A stretch of 64,000 bases of DNA, from positions 7,184,211 to 7,248,210 of the forward strand of contig NC_133623.1 of the NCBI RefSeq assembly GCF_048593235.1. Direction: 5' to 3'. Below, in pieces: positions 63,240 to 64,000 of this stretch (position 1 is the first letter of the stretch; each line of letters begins with the position of its first letter). Under the pieces are notes generated by a model. The model was given only the letters and a program-made list of their open reading frames with translations, made no database searches and was not told the DNA's origin. Both the position numbers and the translations under genes were made by a program. This stretch comes from Sminthopsis crassicaudata (Eukaryota).

Positions 63240-64000
63240 TCTTTAGCTCTTCTCTTATGCTATTCATTGTACTAAGTGCCAGAGATACAAATAGAAAAGT
63301 GAGACAATCTCTGAGCTCCAGAAGCTTCCATTCTAATGGCAAGGGCCAACACCATATATGGGAAAGGTGTCTACAGCCCAAGCCTCTTCATCTTTCACCT
63401 CCCACAATCTGCCTTCTGCCCTCAAGTCAATACACATTTGTGACATGCTAGGAACTGTTAACCTCCACTGCTCCAAAGAAGTTGCTTTCTTGAAAGTCAC
63501 CACCAGTCTCCTCTTAATTGCCAAATCCAGTGACCTTTTTTCCAAACCTGATCCTCTTGATATTTCTGGTTCCACTGACACAATAGCTCACTCCAGTCTC
63601 CATTGGCTTTAGACACTTCTGGTTGCCTTATTGGATCTTTCTCGTCTGGATCCTGTCTTGTGTGGATTACTCAGTGATCTGCCCTTCTTTCCTCTCCCTT
63701 CAGCCTCTATCTCTTTTTCTTTCATGTGTCTGATTTCTCTTCTGACACAACTCCATGTGGTTGTCCTGCCAGCTCTTCATCTTTAATTTTTCCCCTCCCC
63801 CAAACTGACTCTTCTTTGTGACTATTCCTCTCTCAGGTATCACTATTCACTCAGTTTCCTCATTCAGAGCCTCAGAGTTCCCTTTGGTTCTTTCTTCTCT
63901 TTAATTTCTCATGTCCATCCAAGTCCTCAAGCCCCATCAGTTGAACATGGGCAATATTGTCTCTTATTCTCTTCTCACCAGAGCCACCCTAACAATGCTT
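63240..64000 (+). mobile_element. L2 LINE remnant
   Basis: 'ctccactgctccaaagaagttgctttcttgaaagtcaccaccagtctcctcttaattgccaaatccagtgacc...ttccactgacac'. Confidence 0.75.

Noticed and set aside
1-64000. CRISPR arrays, tRNA/rRNA genes, NUMTs and recognisable endogenous viral genes
   Set aside because: None seen. The tRNA-like motifs are SINE heads, and no regularly spaced repeats or recognisable viral or mitochondrial peptides were found.

Overview
Vertebrate nuclear DNA, most likely from an Australian dasyurid marsupial (Tasmanian devil, Antechinus or dunnart). This rests on my recognition of WSINE1-type SINEs, young marsupial L1 3' ends, an OC1/OposCharlie1 hAT MITE and RTE/BovB remnants. Much of the window is interspersed repeat (L1, L2, CR1/L3, RTE, MIR/Mar1, hAT MITEs, one probable solo LTR). 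There is one 138-N assembly gap at 26055-26192. I found no prokaryotic-type system, CRISPR array, rRNA or tRNA gene, and I could not name any gene. Nine of ten L1 pieces lie on the minus strand, which suggests the window is largely intronic to a plus-strand gene. Several plus-strand segments have good splice signals and open frames; the best case is a phase-compatible three-exon chain at 51884-53521 that ends in a stop codon. All exon calls are low confidence because pseudo-exons are easy to find on both strands here. The best-supported observations are insertions with exact target-site duplications (TSDs), two families with published horizontal transfer (OC1, BovB), two short dispersed duplications, and a compact predicted three-way-junction fold. 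Repeat family names come from memory of consensus sequences, not from a database search.
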